Source: Mobula hypostoma
Lineage: Eukaryota
Direction of reading: 5' to 3'
Length of the DNA stretch: 64,000 nucleotides
Assembly: GCF_963921235.1 (NCBI RefSeq)
Contig: NC_086097.1
Location: forward strand, 157,854,001-157,918,000
The notes under the pieces are model-generated. The model had not been told where the DNA came from and did no database searches. It saw only the letters and a list, made by a program, of their open reading frames with translations. Within the stretch, counting starts at the first letter, position 1, and each line of letters begins with the position of its first letter. The position numbers and the translations under genes are program-made. Below are positions 37,126 through 50,425 of the stretch, piece by piece.

Positions 37126-38629
37126 AGAATGTTGTGAACTACAATTAATACAGAAACAGCCAGGATTAGATGTCCTTTGATTTCAGCAAAATATCAGCTG
37201 AAGTGTTTGTACAGAGATACAAGGGTATGTAACACCTAGGGAACGTTTGATGTAATTCCAGGATTTAATACATCAGGATAACCTACAACAAAGTCAATTA
37301 TTAGTGAGATCTGTATTTCATTCCCTTGCTTGTGGCTTTGTCCCTGATTTAGAGAAAATACTATTGATCCAGAAAAGGTGGAGCCATTTTTCATTAAATT
37401 CAAGTTCATGCAATGATGAGGAAGACGGCAACCAGATTTATGTACAGTTTGAAAGGCTGGGACTAGAAACACATTAATGAATGTGTGATTAAATGGCAAT
37501 AATAGATTTAAGGTGAAGTAGGAGGAAAGGTTCTAAACTGGAACCAGATATACTCCCAAAGAAACGCAAAAAAAAAATGCAGGACTTTTTATTGATTTGA
37601 AACTTTAACTCTATTTCTCTATTCATATACTGTATGCTGTCTGACTATTGACTGTATCCAGCACTTTCCTTTTCAATTTCACATTTCCAAAATAAGCAGG
37701 TCTTTTTTTTGGATTAAAGGTCATTTTTCAAATTTCATGAACAAAGTTCCTGAAGCTCTTAAGGCAGAAAAGAATGGAAAGCATGAATAATGATCTATTG
37801 ATGAAGTGATGGATGTGCTCTTATGATCACAATGTACTCTAAGATGACACCTTATTTCATAATGGAATGACAATTGCGACTGAAAGTCTTACATTGATCT
37901 TTACTTTAGCACACAAACTAAATCATTAAAGTTCTGAGCTTAATAATACCCATGTGTATGACTTACCCTTTCAAAGTAGTACCAATTAAGGAAGAGAAGT
38001 AGAAAGGATAAGAAGCCTTTGAGAATATTATGGCCATTACTATATCTCACTCATTTTGCTGGCTTATTCCCAAATCTTTTCATTCTGTCAGTAACCATGA
38101 ATTGCCTCATATATGCACATACTGAGCATTCATGTTCTAGCATGTAGTATGCCACAGGTGATCAAACTGATGAATAAAGAAGTGTCATCTCATTTCAGTC
38201 TTAATGGCCAGCAATTTATCCTAAGACCATTGCTCGATGTTTTTTTTTGTAAGACTCTAACATCCAATTTCCCATCTTGTTCTAGAAATCTCCATGTACC
38301 AAATGCTATTCTCCATCCAAACCAGATGATCAGTAATTGCACACGAGTTTTGCCAACAGGAAATGTTCATCCACTTGATTTTTCATCCCTCCTGACCATT
38401 GAAAACTCCCTGTATTTCATTTGAGGCTGTAACTCAGGATTCTGTGTAGAAACTGCAAGCAGATACAGATTTCATGCAACAATGTGTACTGCATGTGTTA
38501 GGCTGTGTTAAGAACATCAGTGAAATTAATTTGGAAGAATTAAACCTTAAGAATCTAACTGCATTCAGAAAACTTGCATTGATTTTAGAACTTGCGATAG
38601 CCCTTGCACTGGTGATCTTGTTCCTATGC

Positions 38630-39005
38630 AACTGTGGCTTCTTGTCACAGCATTACATACAATGTTAAAACAGTGACTACATTTCAGAAATAAATTAGTG
38701 GCTACAAAACACTCAGTACATTCTGGAATTGTAGAAACTACTTCATGTCAAACTGACATTTTGTTCATCCTCTGAAGGCGTCTACTTCCATTTCTTCACA
38801 AATCTAATCAGGCAAAGGTAATTGGCAGAACCAGATGACAGAAAATATTTGGATGAGATATTGAACAGAGACTCAGCCTGCCCTCTACAGGTGGAGTTAA
38901 AGATCCCATGACATAATTTCTAAGAGTGAAGGATATGTTTGAGAGCCCTGACTAATATTTTTATCCCCTAACTAACCTTCACAGAAAAAGGCTTTCTGAG
39001 CTTGA
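38630..39005 (+). mobile_element. Deu-type SINE remnants
   Basis: aacagtgactacatttcagaa...gtggctacaaaacac and ctgccctctacaggtggagttaaagatcccatgac...cctgactaatattt resemble recalled SacSINE1-like segments. Confidence 0.45.
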
Positions 39006-39348
39006 TCTGAACTAGTACTTAACTAGTTGTAATGTAACTTGGAGTGACCTATAGCTTTTAAAAATAATTTCTTAATTTCTAATGAATATTTTGGAAATTA
39101 TACTTGATGTAGCTTCTCATGCATAACAAGAAAAAGAATAATGCCAGGTTTTTCTTTGGTGTTACTCATACTCTACCACCACAGCTTCATCAAAATGATT
39201 TATCAAAATATACCACAATAAATGTCCACACAAAGCGTGGAGGGTACGTTAACATAAATGGACCGGAATCAGAAACTGCCTGAAAATGTTCTCTGGGGTG
39301 AATTTAAAGGTCAATTTGTACTACAGGCTCAACTTTAAGCAGCCATTA

Positions 39349-39915
39349 CACTCAGTACCCACTTCATTCAGCACCCTGCTCATTACTGTAAGTATCTAAT
39401 CAGCCAGTCATGTGGCAGCAACTCAACGCTGAAAGCATGCAGACATAATCAAGAGGTTCAATTGTTGTTCAGACCAAACAGAGAAATGGGGAAGAAATGT
39501 GATTTAAGTGACTTTGGCCACGGAATAATTGTTGGTGCCAGACAGGATGGTTTGAATATCTCAGAAACCGCTGATCTGCTGGGATTTCTTAAGCTCTTAA
39601 GGCAGAAAAGAATGGACTGAGATTGCACTATAGTTTCTAGAATTTACAGAGACTGGTGAGCAAAACAGAAAACATCCAGTGAGTGGCAGTTCCAGGGGCG
39701 AAATACCTTGTTAATGAGAGAGGTCACAGAAGACTGACCAAACTGATTCAAATCGACAAGATGAGAGTAACTCGAATAACCACATGTTAAAATGTACAAT
39801 TGTACAAATGTACACATGTACAATTCTACACATCAAACCTTGAACGAGATGGGCCACTGCAGCAGAAAACCATGAATATACACCCAGTGGCCCCTTTATT
39901 AGGTACAGGAGGTGA
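39349..39915 (+). mobile_element. Non-autonomous Tc1-like element with transposase N-terminal remnant
   Basis: ta|cactcagtacccacttcatt start; ATG at 39486 gives MGKKCDLSDFGHGIIVGARQDGLNISETADLLGF (paired-like HTH); a second TIR-like copy cacccagtggcccctttattaggtaca at ~39881. Confidence 0.75.
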
Positions 39916-41374
39916 ATATACTGAGCATGCTTTCAATCATGGTAGATTATAACCGTGAAAGGCAAATGCCCTATGAAGAACAAATAATAAAATTATTGGC
40001 TGAGAATAGCAGGAAACACGGGCATCAAAATCCTCTGGGAGATCTCCCAAACCTACTATATTAATTCGATTCCACTTTTGCAAATACCATAGTGAAATAT
40101 GTGTGACAGTCAATAATTATTATTTTAAAATCACAGCTGATATTATCTCTTTGCTATTCTCAAATGTATGTTCTTCTATTTAAAATTTTGGCTACTTGGC
40201 TTTAATTTTCAATTGGAAACACTTTAAATTAAACCTCTATTTAAGACAAATCTTCAGAGCAAAATGTAATTAAGAAAAATATTTGTTTCCTGCTCTCACA
40301 ATATTCTCCCCATATGTAAGAAAATATTGTTGATAATTTTCCACAAACATGCATGCAACTTATAACAGGAAGAGTGCAAGGACCCATGGATGAATATCTG
40401 AAACATACGTATGTAAGTCTGTATTCCACATATTACCTGATAGACTTATTCCATTTACAGACTTCATGTCTCTTGCACTAAAGAGTTATTTAACATTGTC
40501 AAATACAGGCACCCCTTGTGTTGCTGAAGGGCTCTGTTCTTGAGAGAGGTCAGGAATGTCTACTTTCTGCAGTAACCCACATTATAATCACTTGCTATAA
40601 TTCTTTTATTTCATTGTATTGTCACAGCAACAATACCTATAATTAAACTAATGGAATATACACTGTATCCAGTCATTAATAAATACCATAAAACATATTA
40701 TTACTGGTTTGAAAAATGCTTTAAATAGTCTTTGGGGTTTCCACAAGCCAATTGTAATTCAAGGAACGCTTATATCTACCTTCATACTAAATATTAGCAG
40801 AGAAAAGAGCTGAATGACAAATGGAGAACTTAGTTTCATTGTCAGAATACAAGGACTTTTCTGAAGCTCTACAAAAACCCTCATGTAATTACACAAAACA
40901 TGTCACACTTTCTCAAGCAGCAGAACTTATATACTTCCTGGACCTGAATTCCCGGCTCAGGTCAAAACCTGCATTCGTGAAGTCTGAATGACAGACTTTT
41001 CTTTCCATTTCATGTATTCTGATCCCAGTGGAATTGCACCATTCTAATCCGCTAGCTACCCCTGCAGAAATTAAATGAATCAGCTCCCATCAGCAAGAGA
41101 CTAGCTGAATGATCAATGAAACGTGCAAACAGTGCAATAAAAAGCCTACTTCAACTCCAGAACTCGATGAGTTTATCAGCCTCAACAAACAAAATGTTTC
41201 TTACTATTCGCTACTCCAGATACTGTGACCCTGTTAACTCTGCAGTCATACAGTACATAAAGCAGAGTAGACAGCTGTTCCAGGGACATGGTTGTACAAT
41301 AAGAGAATGCTTGTGATATAACAGGAATTGGGCAATATCATTCAGAGTACTATTCTTCTGAAGTTAAAAGCAGG

Positions 41375-41646
41375 ATGAGGGGAGGGGATAGAGTGATAGA
41401 GGGGAGGAACGAGGGATGAGACAAGAGAGAGGGGCTGCAAAAACACCGGGGGGAGGAGGCCGGGTGGGGGGAGGAGGACAGAGTTGGGGGGGGGGGAGGA
41501 GGAGGAGGAGGACAGAGCAGGGTGGGAGGACAGAGCGGGGGGAGGAGGAGGACAGAGTGGGGGGAGGAGGACAGAGCAGGGGTGAGGAGGACAGAGCTTG
41601 GGGGGGGGAACAGAGCCGGTGGAGGGGAGGATGGAGAGTGGACAGA
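41375..41646. repeat. G/A-rich low-complexity minisatellite (GGAGGACAGAG-containing units)
   Basis: ggaggacagag recurs about seven times, separated by G runs. Confidence 0.85.
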
Positions 41647-41848
41647 CCAAGCTCTCTTCTCACTGTTGCCATCAGGAGCAGTGAGAAGGAACCCCAGGAC
41701 TCATACTGCTCAAACAGGAGTACAGGAACTGTTATTACCCTTGAACCATCAAACTCTTGGCACTCAACTTCACTTGTTCACACAACCGATAGACTCACTT
41801 TCAAGGACACTTCATCTACATTGATAATATATTTACTTTGAACTTTGG
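41647..41848 (+). mobile_element. Rex1-type LINE 3' fragment, deleted
   Basis: gctctcttctcactgttgccatcagga...gactcactttcaaggac...tttactttgaacttt; similar to 55880-56070. Confidence 0.6.
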
Positions 41849-42431
41849 TAGGGGAGTGCTGGATGCGGAGAGTGGGGGAAGAGAGGAGGGATAACACAGA
41901 AAGGTGGACAGAGGGGAAGGGGACAGAATAAATTGCTAGTTTAACCATGCAATTTCTTTTGACTTCCTATAATTCCTGACTATCCACGGAGCAATAATAT
42001 TTACAGCAGTATCATGAAATGGATGGTCCATTTCTGGAATTTTGTTCAGGAGCTTTAGAAATACTAATAATCAGCAAATATTTGTACCAGTTACAAAGTG
42101 GGCTGAATGACTTGGTTGCTTACACGCGGCATTTAAAATCAACAGGTACATAGCTTAGTTTGAAGACTCAGCAGATATTGGAAATCTTTTTCACAATTTA
42201 ACGTAATTTTATTGCAAATGTGTAACTGCATTGAAGCTACTGTCTTACATGTATTGTATTGAAGTATTCCGTCGCGTAGCTATTGAAATTGCGACTGACC
42301 ATGTAAGATGTAATTCTATGACTTTGTAACATATTAAAAACATGCAGCTAGCTGATACAGATAATAGACAGGAAGGGGCAAAGAGTTGAAGCCTTGTTCT
42401 CTCAGGCCAGAAGGAGAGGAAGCAGTGATAA

Positions 42432-42549
42432 GCATCTCTAGGAAGAGGTACAGTCGACGTTTCAGGCCGAGATGCTGCCTGGCCTGCTGCGTTCACCAGC
42501 AACTTTGATGTGTGTTGCTTGAATTTCCAGCATCTGCAGAATTCATGTT
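42432..42549. mobile_element. Penelope pLTR mini-element with inverted 5' segment and 14-bp TSD
   Basis: 42432-42470 is the inverted pLTR segment, the rest is forward; TSD ggaagcagtgataa (42418-42431) and ggaagcggtgataa (42550-42563). Confidence 0.85.
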
Positions 42550-45500
42550 GGAAGCGGTGATAAACCGTGTTAGGTCAGCAGAGAAGGTTAGGTCAGCATG
42601 TTAGGTCATTGATGGCCATGGATCTTACGTTCAAAGTAGGAAGTCTCAAAGATACTGCAATGGGGAAGGGTGACTTGGGCAGTCACCGGAAAGAGTGCCT
42701 CAATAAATGAGCAGTTCGATCATAAGGACAGTGGTGAGTGGATGCACAATTCAGGCTGTGGCAGAGTGGACAGAAAAAATAGAAAGGGTTTCCTTGGGTC
42801 TATTATCACATTATGGACACTATAAATTCACAATCAAAATCAGAAGCTTTTCACCTCAGAATAAGAATAAAGACTTATTGTGGCATTTACTAAATACCTA
42901 AGTCAGGATTTCTAGCAACTAATTCAATTTCTGAGCCCTTGCAAAGTTAGGAAGGCAGAGATCCATAAACTCTGCCACAGACAGAACATGAGACACCCAG
43001 TATGATAATAAATGACTATTTAATGCAGTGATGTGTTATTTTTCTATAGAATAGGCTGGGCTTCTGTGTGGTAGCAACATATGCACTTACAGTTCCAACG
43101 TTGTCCTGCAGGCTCCTGTGCTTTCACCAGATAAGCAGGAATTTCCAGTATTCACTGCAGATCTTAAATGTTTACTAATGAGATTTTTAAGAACATTTTA
43201 AAAATATTTTCTTCCATCTACCTGGTCCTGTGAGAACTTTGGAATAGAATGCCTCTTTCAGAAGTCCCATGTTAAACATAAAAACTGTGATTGGAGCCTC
43301 ATTCATAGGGATTTTGGCCGAGGAAACAATATTGTTTTGCTTACCCTTACAATAAATTAGGAGAATTTTATAGAGACACGCACCTTTTAGGTGTTCTTGC
43401 GTGCCTGTTGTGGGTAATTCACGTCTCGGAAGAATGCAGGAAGACAAATGAGCATGAGTATTATGCAGGTTTGAGGTCTTGAAAGTCAACCCCCCCATTT
43501 GAAGCTCAAGAATTAAAGCAGGGGCATGTCTAAATAGAGACATTACATCTACTCCCTGTTTGTCATCAGCAAACAAGTTAGGTACCTAACAATATAATAG
43601 CTATCTGGTCATACTTCTTTCATGATACTACCCCTATTTCAATTTTTTTTGTTGACTTTATAATGCATTTCCTAAATTTCCTGACAGATTGAGTGGAGAA
43701 CTGACACAAATGTACAAGTTGTTTAAACACCAATTAACTAAATAGTGAATATTTATCATTATTAGTTGAAAGTGTGAGGGTATGAATTACATAAGGACCA
43801 ATGAGCACAGACAGTGGGGTGGACTGCTGATGAAATGCTGGGATTATTTAGCGCATGTTTCCTTAGCAAAAACCATGATGAAAGCTACCTTCAAAAACCC
43901 CTGGACACATTTTTTGAAAATGAAATTTATTAAGGTATGGGAAGCAAGCAGGGAATAGGGATCAAATGAATAATTATTTCAACAAACTTGTGAGAGCATT
44001 ATGGGACCAATGGCTTGCTGCTGTGCTATAGAATTTTGATACACATCAGCAGTAATATGTATTTATTCATTCATAAATAATGAGCTTATGTGATAACAAT
44101 GAGGAAAATGACAATGAAACATATCAGAACTACCCTTCCCTCAGTTAACTAAATTAACAGACTGGCGCTGGTAAATGGTCCCTGCTGTGATTTGCCTTTA
44201 TATTTGCTACAAATTTGACAATTAGCATAGTGAAGAGCTAGGTTTCAGAATTACATTAGAGAATTTTTTGAATCCTGATACACTAATGCAGGACAATTCA
44301 AGGTTTTTTTCTTTGCTTTTGTGGACTGCTTAGATGTGCATAATGATGTCTCACAGTCATATACAAAGCTTGACTCCACGTTGCGACTGACTTGCATAAT
44401 TTCGTGCTGAGGAGCCATAGAATTTAGTGTTCTGATTTAAGCTTCATCTTCTAATGAGGCCTATACTGTATCTAATGAGCAAAGAGTAACTATTTCCAAG
44501 GCTTTGGAGTCATGGAATTAAACAGGATAAACTGATGAATAAATTATGATCTGAGTTCTGGAAGTTTTGTAGAGTAGATGGTTGGGAATTTAATACTGTT
44601 TACTCCCCATCTGTCATTGTTTACACGCCCAAATCTAACACAAGTTAACCCAATGACAAAGTAATACTCTACTGACTTACACAACTGTTTAGTTTTTGCT
44701 GACCATACTTTGAAAGACAAGGCGAATATTGTTTTCATATGTTTTGCTTTTAAATCTAGGATTTTTTATTATCTCAAAGAATGAGAAGGCTGAAGCAGAT
44801 GAATTCCTGTTTAAAGCATGAATCATGTGTAGCAAATATACCAAAACTGAGAACAATTAATAAATGAACAGAATTTTCTCAATTGCTGTACCAGCAATGT
44901 GTTTGAATCATCTAGAAAGAGAAATGTCCACAGCACCAATGTAACATTTATCATACCACTCATAAACTTACATTGCTTCCAGTTTAAATTGCCACTTTAG
45001 GATAAATTTGAATATTTAATCTCAGGTTAGTGTTAGGTCAATAATGTCAGCATACTGAAGCCTCCACATTTCTCTTCAACACGAATGCGACAAACTTTAC
45101 CACCAATTGAAAATCAGCACTGCCCAATTCACAGAATGATATGTTCTCCTTAATGTACAGATTGGGCATCTTAATGACACGTTGGACCCATCAAAGACTG
45201 GGCAAAGTTATATACCATCAGCTTTTATTGGAGTTCTCCAAATCAACTCCTGAAGCATCATGGAATACTTTAAATAATGTCAAGTAAGCAATTTAATCAT
45301 TATCCACAGATACAAATCCATCCAATCCACAATTTAATTCAGAAATCAATGCTTTTTCATATTAATTAAATTGTCCAAAAATTGCTCTGAGGGAAACACA
45401 GACACTTAGCTGTCTGGTGGACTCCAGTGCAGAGTACAGAAGAATAGTTCAATGAGACCAGCATTGTCTGAACTGCCTGAATTCTTAACTATAAACTAAC

Positions 45501-46682
45501 CAGGCTACATATGCTTTTGATGGCAAGGGAATCCAGCTGACCTCACCTTCATCAACCTGCCACTGGACATCCCTCTACACCGGTGTTAAATGAGTGTTCT
45601 TATTGTAGAAGTCTTAATTGCTGGCAGATCAAATTGCCATCTCCATAAGCTCATGTTAAGCATCAATACAATACCCTGCAATTTCCTGAACACCAGGGGG
45701 ACTTGGACTTACCTCCATCTTAAACCACTTGAAAAATATGGCCAACACCAGCCAAAAGCCTCTAAATATGGCCAAATATGGCCAAAAGCCTCTAAATCCA
45801 CAAGGAGGATAAATCCAGCATTGGGGACTTGGCTACACTTAATCAACTACATTGAGCAGGCCAGATCATTCTTATATCCAACACCAAAATATTCAAAAAA
45901 AATGCTCTATGCCAAGCTACATTAGAATCAGATGAAACTACCATGTTGAGGCCATTATAGAGACTTGGCTTTCACAAAGAAGCTGTTGGCTCACAAATAG
46001 AGAAAGCTTGGAGATAGTTTGTGAGGGAGGATAGGCAGGTGACAGAAGGGACACGCTCAGACTGACAGTTTGAGATGTGTCTATTTTGACACAAGGAGTA
46101 TTGTGAACAAAGCAGACGAGCTTAGAGCGTGGATCAGTACTTGGAGCTATCATGTTGTGGCCATTACAGAGACTTGGATGGCTCAGGGACAGGAATGGTT
46201 ATTTCGAGGGCTGGGTTTTAGATGTTTCAGAAAGGACAGGGAGGGAGGCAAAAGAGGTGGGGCTGTGGCACTGTTGATCAGAGTTGTGTCACGGTTGCAA
46301 AAAAGGTGGACGTCATGGAGGGATTGTCTACAAAGTCCCTGTGGGTGGAGGTTAGGAACAGGAAGGGGTCTATAACACTATTGGGTGTTTTTCATAGGCC
46401 GCCCAAAAGTACAAGGATATCGAGGAGCAGATAGGGAAACAGATCCTGGAAAGGTATAATAATAACAGAGTTGGCATGGTGGAAGATTTTAATTTCCCAA
46501 ATATCGATTGGCATCTCCCTAGAGCAAGGGGTTTAGATGGGTGGAGTATGTTAGGTCTGTTTGGGAAATTTTCTTGACACAATATGTAGATAAGCCTACA
46601 AGAGGAGAGACTGTACAAGATTTGGCATTGGGAAATGAACCTGGTCAAGTGTCAGAAATCTCAGTGGGAGAGCATTTTCGAG

Positions 46683-48096
46683 ATAATTTTTCAAAACTCG
46701 TTAGATTCTGGACTAGTTCCTGAGGATTGGAGGGTGGCTAATGTAGACCCACTTTTTAAAAAAGGAGGGAGAGAGAAACCGGGGAATTATAGACCGGTTA
46801 GCCTAACGTCGGTGGTGGGGAAACTGCTGGAGTCAGTTATCAAGGATGTGATAACAGCACATTTGGAAAGCGGTGAAATGATCGGACAAAGTCAGCATGG
46901 ATTTGTGAAAGGAAAATCATGTCTGACAAATCTCAGAATTTTTTGAGGATGTAACTAGTAGAGTGGATAGGGGAGAACCAGTGGATGTGGTATATTTGGA
47001 TTTTCAAAAGGCTTTTGACAAGGTCCCACACAGGAGATTAGTGTGCAAACTTAAAGCACACAGTATTGGGGGTAAGGTATTGGTGTGGGTGGAGAATTGG
47101 TTAGCAGACAGGAAGCAAAGAGTGGGAATAAACGGGACCTTTTCAGAATGGCAGGCAGTGACTAGTGGGGTACCGCAAGGCTCAGTGCTGGGACCCCAGT
47201 TGTTTACAATATATATTAATGACTTGGATGAGGGAATTAAATGCAGCATCTCCAAGTTTGCGGATGACACGAAGCTGGGTGGCAGTGTTAGCTGTGAGGA
47301 GGATGCTAAGAGGATGCAGGGTGACTTGGATAGGTTGGGTGAGTGGGCAAATTCATGGCAGATGCAATTTAATGTGGATAAATGTGAAGTTATCCACTTT
47401 GGTGGCAAAAATAGGAAAACAGATTATTATCTGAATGGTGGCCAATTAGGAAAAGGAGAGGTGCAACGAGACCTGCGTGTCATTATACACCAGTCATTGA
47501 AAGTGGGCATGCAGGTACAGCAGGCGGTGAAAAAGGCGAATGGTATGCTGGCATTTATAGCGAGAGGATTCGAGTACAGGAGCAGGGTCGTACTACTGCA
47601 GTTGTACAAGGCCTTGGTGAGACCACACCTGGAGTATTGTGTGCAGTTTTGGTCCCCTAATCTGAGGAAAGACATCTTTGCCATAGAGGGAGTACAAAGA
47701 AGGTTCACCAGATTGATTCCTGGGATGGCGGGACTTTCATATGATGAAAGACTAGATGAATTGGGCTTGTACTCGTTGGAATTTAGAAGATTGAGGGGGG
47801 ATCTGATTGAAACGTATAAGATCCTAAAGGGATTGGACAGGCTAGATGCAGGAAGGTTGTTCCCGATGTTGGGGAAGTCCAGAACGAGGGGTCACAGTTT
47901 GAGGATAGAGGGGAAGCCTTTTAGGACTGAGATTAGGAAAAACTTCTTCACACAGAGAGTGGTGAATCTGTGGAATTCTCTGCCACAGGAAACTGTTGAG
48001 GCCAGTTCATTGGCTATATTTAAGAGGGAGTTAGATATGGCCCTTGTGGCTACGGGGGTCAGGGGGTATGGAGGGAAGGCTGGGGCGGGGTTCTGA
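46683..48096 (+). pseudogene. CR1 reverse transcriptase; one frameshift near 46935, then open from 46963 to 48096
   Basis: YLDFQKAFDKVPH, SGVPQGSVLGPQLF, KFADDTKLGG, LVRPHLEYCVQFWSP, NFFTQRVVNLWNSLP. Confidence 0.92.
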
Positions 48097-48192
48097 GTTG
48101 GATGATCAGCCATGATCATAATAAATGGCGGTGCAGGCTCGAAGGGCCGAATGGCCTACTCCTGCACCTATTTTCTATGTTTCTATGTTTCT
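46683..48192 (+). mobile_element. Young 5'-truncated CR1 LINE of a second subfamily
   Basis: IIFQNSLDSGLVPEDWR... then the 377-aa RT ORF; its own 3' UTR and (TTTCTATG)n tail at 48171-48192. Confidence 0.93.
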
Positions 48193-50425
48193 ATAATTTT
48201 ATCTCCTTTACAATAGCATTGGAGAGAGATAGGAACAGACAAGTTAGAAAAGTGTTTAATTGGAGTAAGGGGAATTATGAGGCTATCAGGCAGGAAATTG
48301 GAGGCTTAAATTGGAAACAGATGTTCTCAGGGAAAAGTACGGAAGAAATGTGGCAAATATTCAGGGGACATTTGTGTGGAGTTCTGCATGGGTACGTTCC
48401 AATGAGACAGGGAAGTTATGGTAGGGTACAGGAACCGTGATGTACAAAGGCGGTAGTAAATCTAGTCAAAAAGAAAAGAAAAACTGATGAAAGGTTCAGA
48501 GAGCTAGGTAATGTTAGAGATCTAGAAGATTTTGAGGCTAAGAAGAAGGAGCTTAAGAAGGAAATTAGGAGAGCCAGAAGGGGCCATGAGAAGGCCTTGG
48601 CAAGCAGGATTAAGGAAAACCCTAAGGCATTCTACAAGTGTGTGAAGAGGAAGAGGATAAGACGTGAAAAAATAGAACCAATCAAGTGTGACAGTGGGGA
48701 AGTGTGTATAGAACCGAAGGAAATAGCAGAGGTATTTAACGAATACTTTACTTCAGTATTCACTACGGAAAAGGACCTTGGTGATTGTAGTGATGACTTG
48801 CAGCGGACTAAAGAGCTTGAGCATGTAGATATTAAGAAAGAGAATGTGCTGGAGCTTTTGGAAAGCATCAAGTTGGATAAGTTGCCGGAACCGGATGAGA
48901 TGTACCCCAGGCTACTGTGGGAGGTGAGGGAGGAGATTACTGAGCCTCTGGTGATGATCTTTACATCATCAATGGGGACGGGAGAGGTTCCGGAGGATTG
49001 GAGGGTTGTGGATGTTGTTCCATTATTCAAGAAAGAGAGTAGAGATAGCCCAGGAAATTGTAGACCAGTGAGTCTTACTTCAGTGGTTGGTAAGTTGATG
49101 GAGAAGATCATGAGAGGCAGGATTTATGAACATCTGGAGAGGTATAATATGATTAGGAATAGGCAGCATGGCTTTGTCATAGACAGGGCATGCCTTACGA
49201 GCCTGAGTGAATTTTTTGAGGATGTGACTAAACACATTGATGAAGGAAGAGCAGTAGATGTAGCGTATATGGATTTCATCAAGACATTTGATAAGGTACC
49301 CCATGCAAGGCTTATTGAGAAAGTAAGGAGGCATGGGATCCAAGGGGACGTTGCTTTGTGGATCCAGAACTGGCTTACCCACAGAAGGCAAAGAGTGGTT
49401 GTAAACAAGTCATATTTTGCATAGAGGTCGGTGACCAGTGGTGTGCCTCAGGGATCTGTTCTGGGACCCTTACTCTTCGTGATTTTGATGAGGAAGTGGA
49501 GGGATGGGTTAGGAAGTTTGCTAATGACACAAATGTTGGGGATGTCGTGGATAGTGTGGAGGGCTGTCAGAGTTTACAGCGGGACATTGATAGGATGCAA
49601 AACTGGACTTAGAAGTGGCAGATGGAGTTCAACCCAGATAAGTGTGAATTGGTTCATTTTGGTAGGTCAAATATGATGGCAGAATATAGTATTAATGGTA
49701 AGACTCTTGGCAGTGTGGAGGATCAGAGGGATCTTGGGGTCCAAGTCCATAGGACACTCAAAGTAGATGCGCAGGTTGACTCTGTGGTTAAGAAGGCGTA
49801 CAGTGTATTGGCCTTCATCAATCATGGAATTGAATTTAGGAGCCAAGAGGTAATGTTGCAGCTATATAGGACACTGGTCAGACCCCACTTGGAGTACTGA
49901 GCTCAGTTCTGTTCGCCTCACTCCAGGAAAGATGTGGAAACCATAGAAATGGTGCAGAGGAGATTTACAATGATGTTGCCTGGATTGGGGAGCATGTCTT
50001 ATGAAGACAGGTTGAGTGAACTCAGCCTTTTCTCCTTGGAGCAACAGAGGATGAGAGGTGACCTGATAGAGGTATATAAGATGATGAGAGGCATTGATCA
50101 TGTGGATAGTCAGAGGCTTTTTCCCAGGGCTGAAATGGCTGCCACAAGTGGGCACAGGCTTAAGGTGCTTGGGAGTAGCCACAGAGGAGATATCAAGGGT
50201 AAGTTTTTTTACACAGAGAGTGGTGAGTGCGTGGAATGGGCTGCCAGCAACGGTGACGGAGATGGATACATTACGGTCTTTTAAGAGACTTTTGGGTAGG
50301 TACATGGAGCTCGGAAAAATAAAGGGCTATAGGTAAGCCTAGCAATTTCTAAGGTAGGGACATGTTCGGCACAACTTTGTGGGCTGAAGGGCCTGTATTG
50401 TGCTGTAGGTTTTCTATGTTTCTAA

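Larger units (their letters stand above)
45995..50425 (+). mobile_element. CR1 LINE with near-complete decayed ORF2 (APE plus RT), interrupted at 46683-48192
   Basis: CVYFDTRSIVNK, VAITETW, REGGKRGGAVAL (APE); KENPKAFYK, VVPLFKK, RPVSLTSVVGK, QHGF, YMDFIKTFDKVPH, GVPQGSVLGP (RT); tail ttttctatgtttcta. Confidence 0.92.

Noticed and set aside
41342..41841. Pro-rich and Gly/Arg-rich ORFs
   Set aside because: By-products of the G-rich minisatellite.
45733..45797. Short duplicated motifs (aaatatggccaa, gccaaaagcctctaaat) as a regulatory array
   Set aside because: Best explained as local slippage duplications; nothing supports function.
46963..48096. Intact RT as a retron, DGR or domesticated gene
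   Set aside because: Typical 5'-truncated CR1 ORF2 with an upstream frameshift, a CR1 3' UTR and a tandem tail.
47004..49391. Antisense ORFs over CR1 RT
   Set aside because: Shadow frames on the opposite strand of CR1 ORF2.
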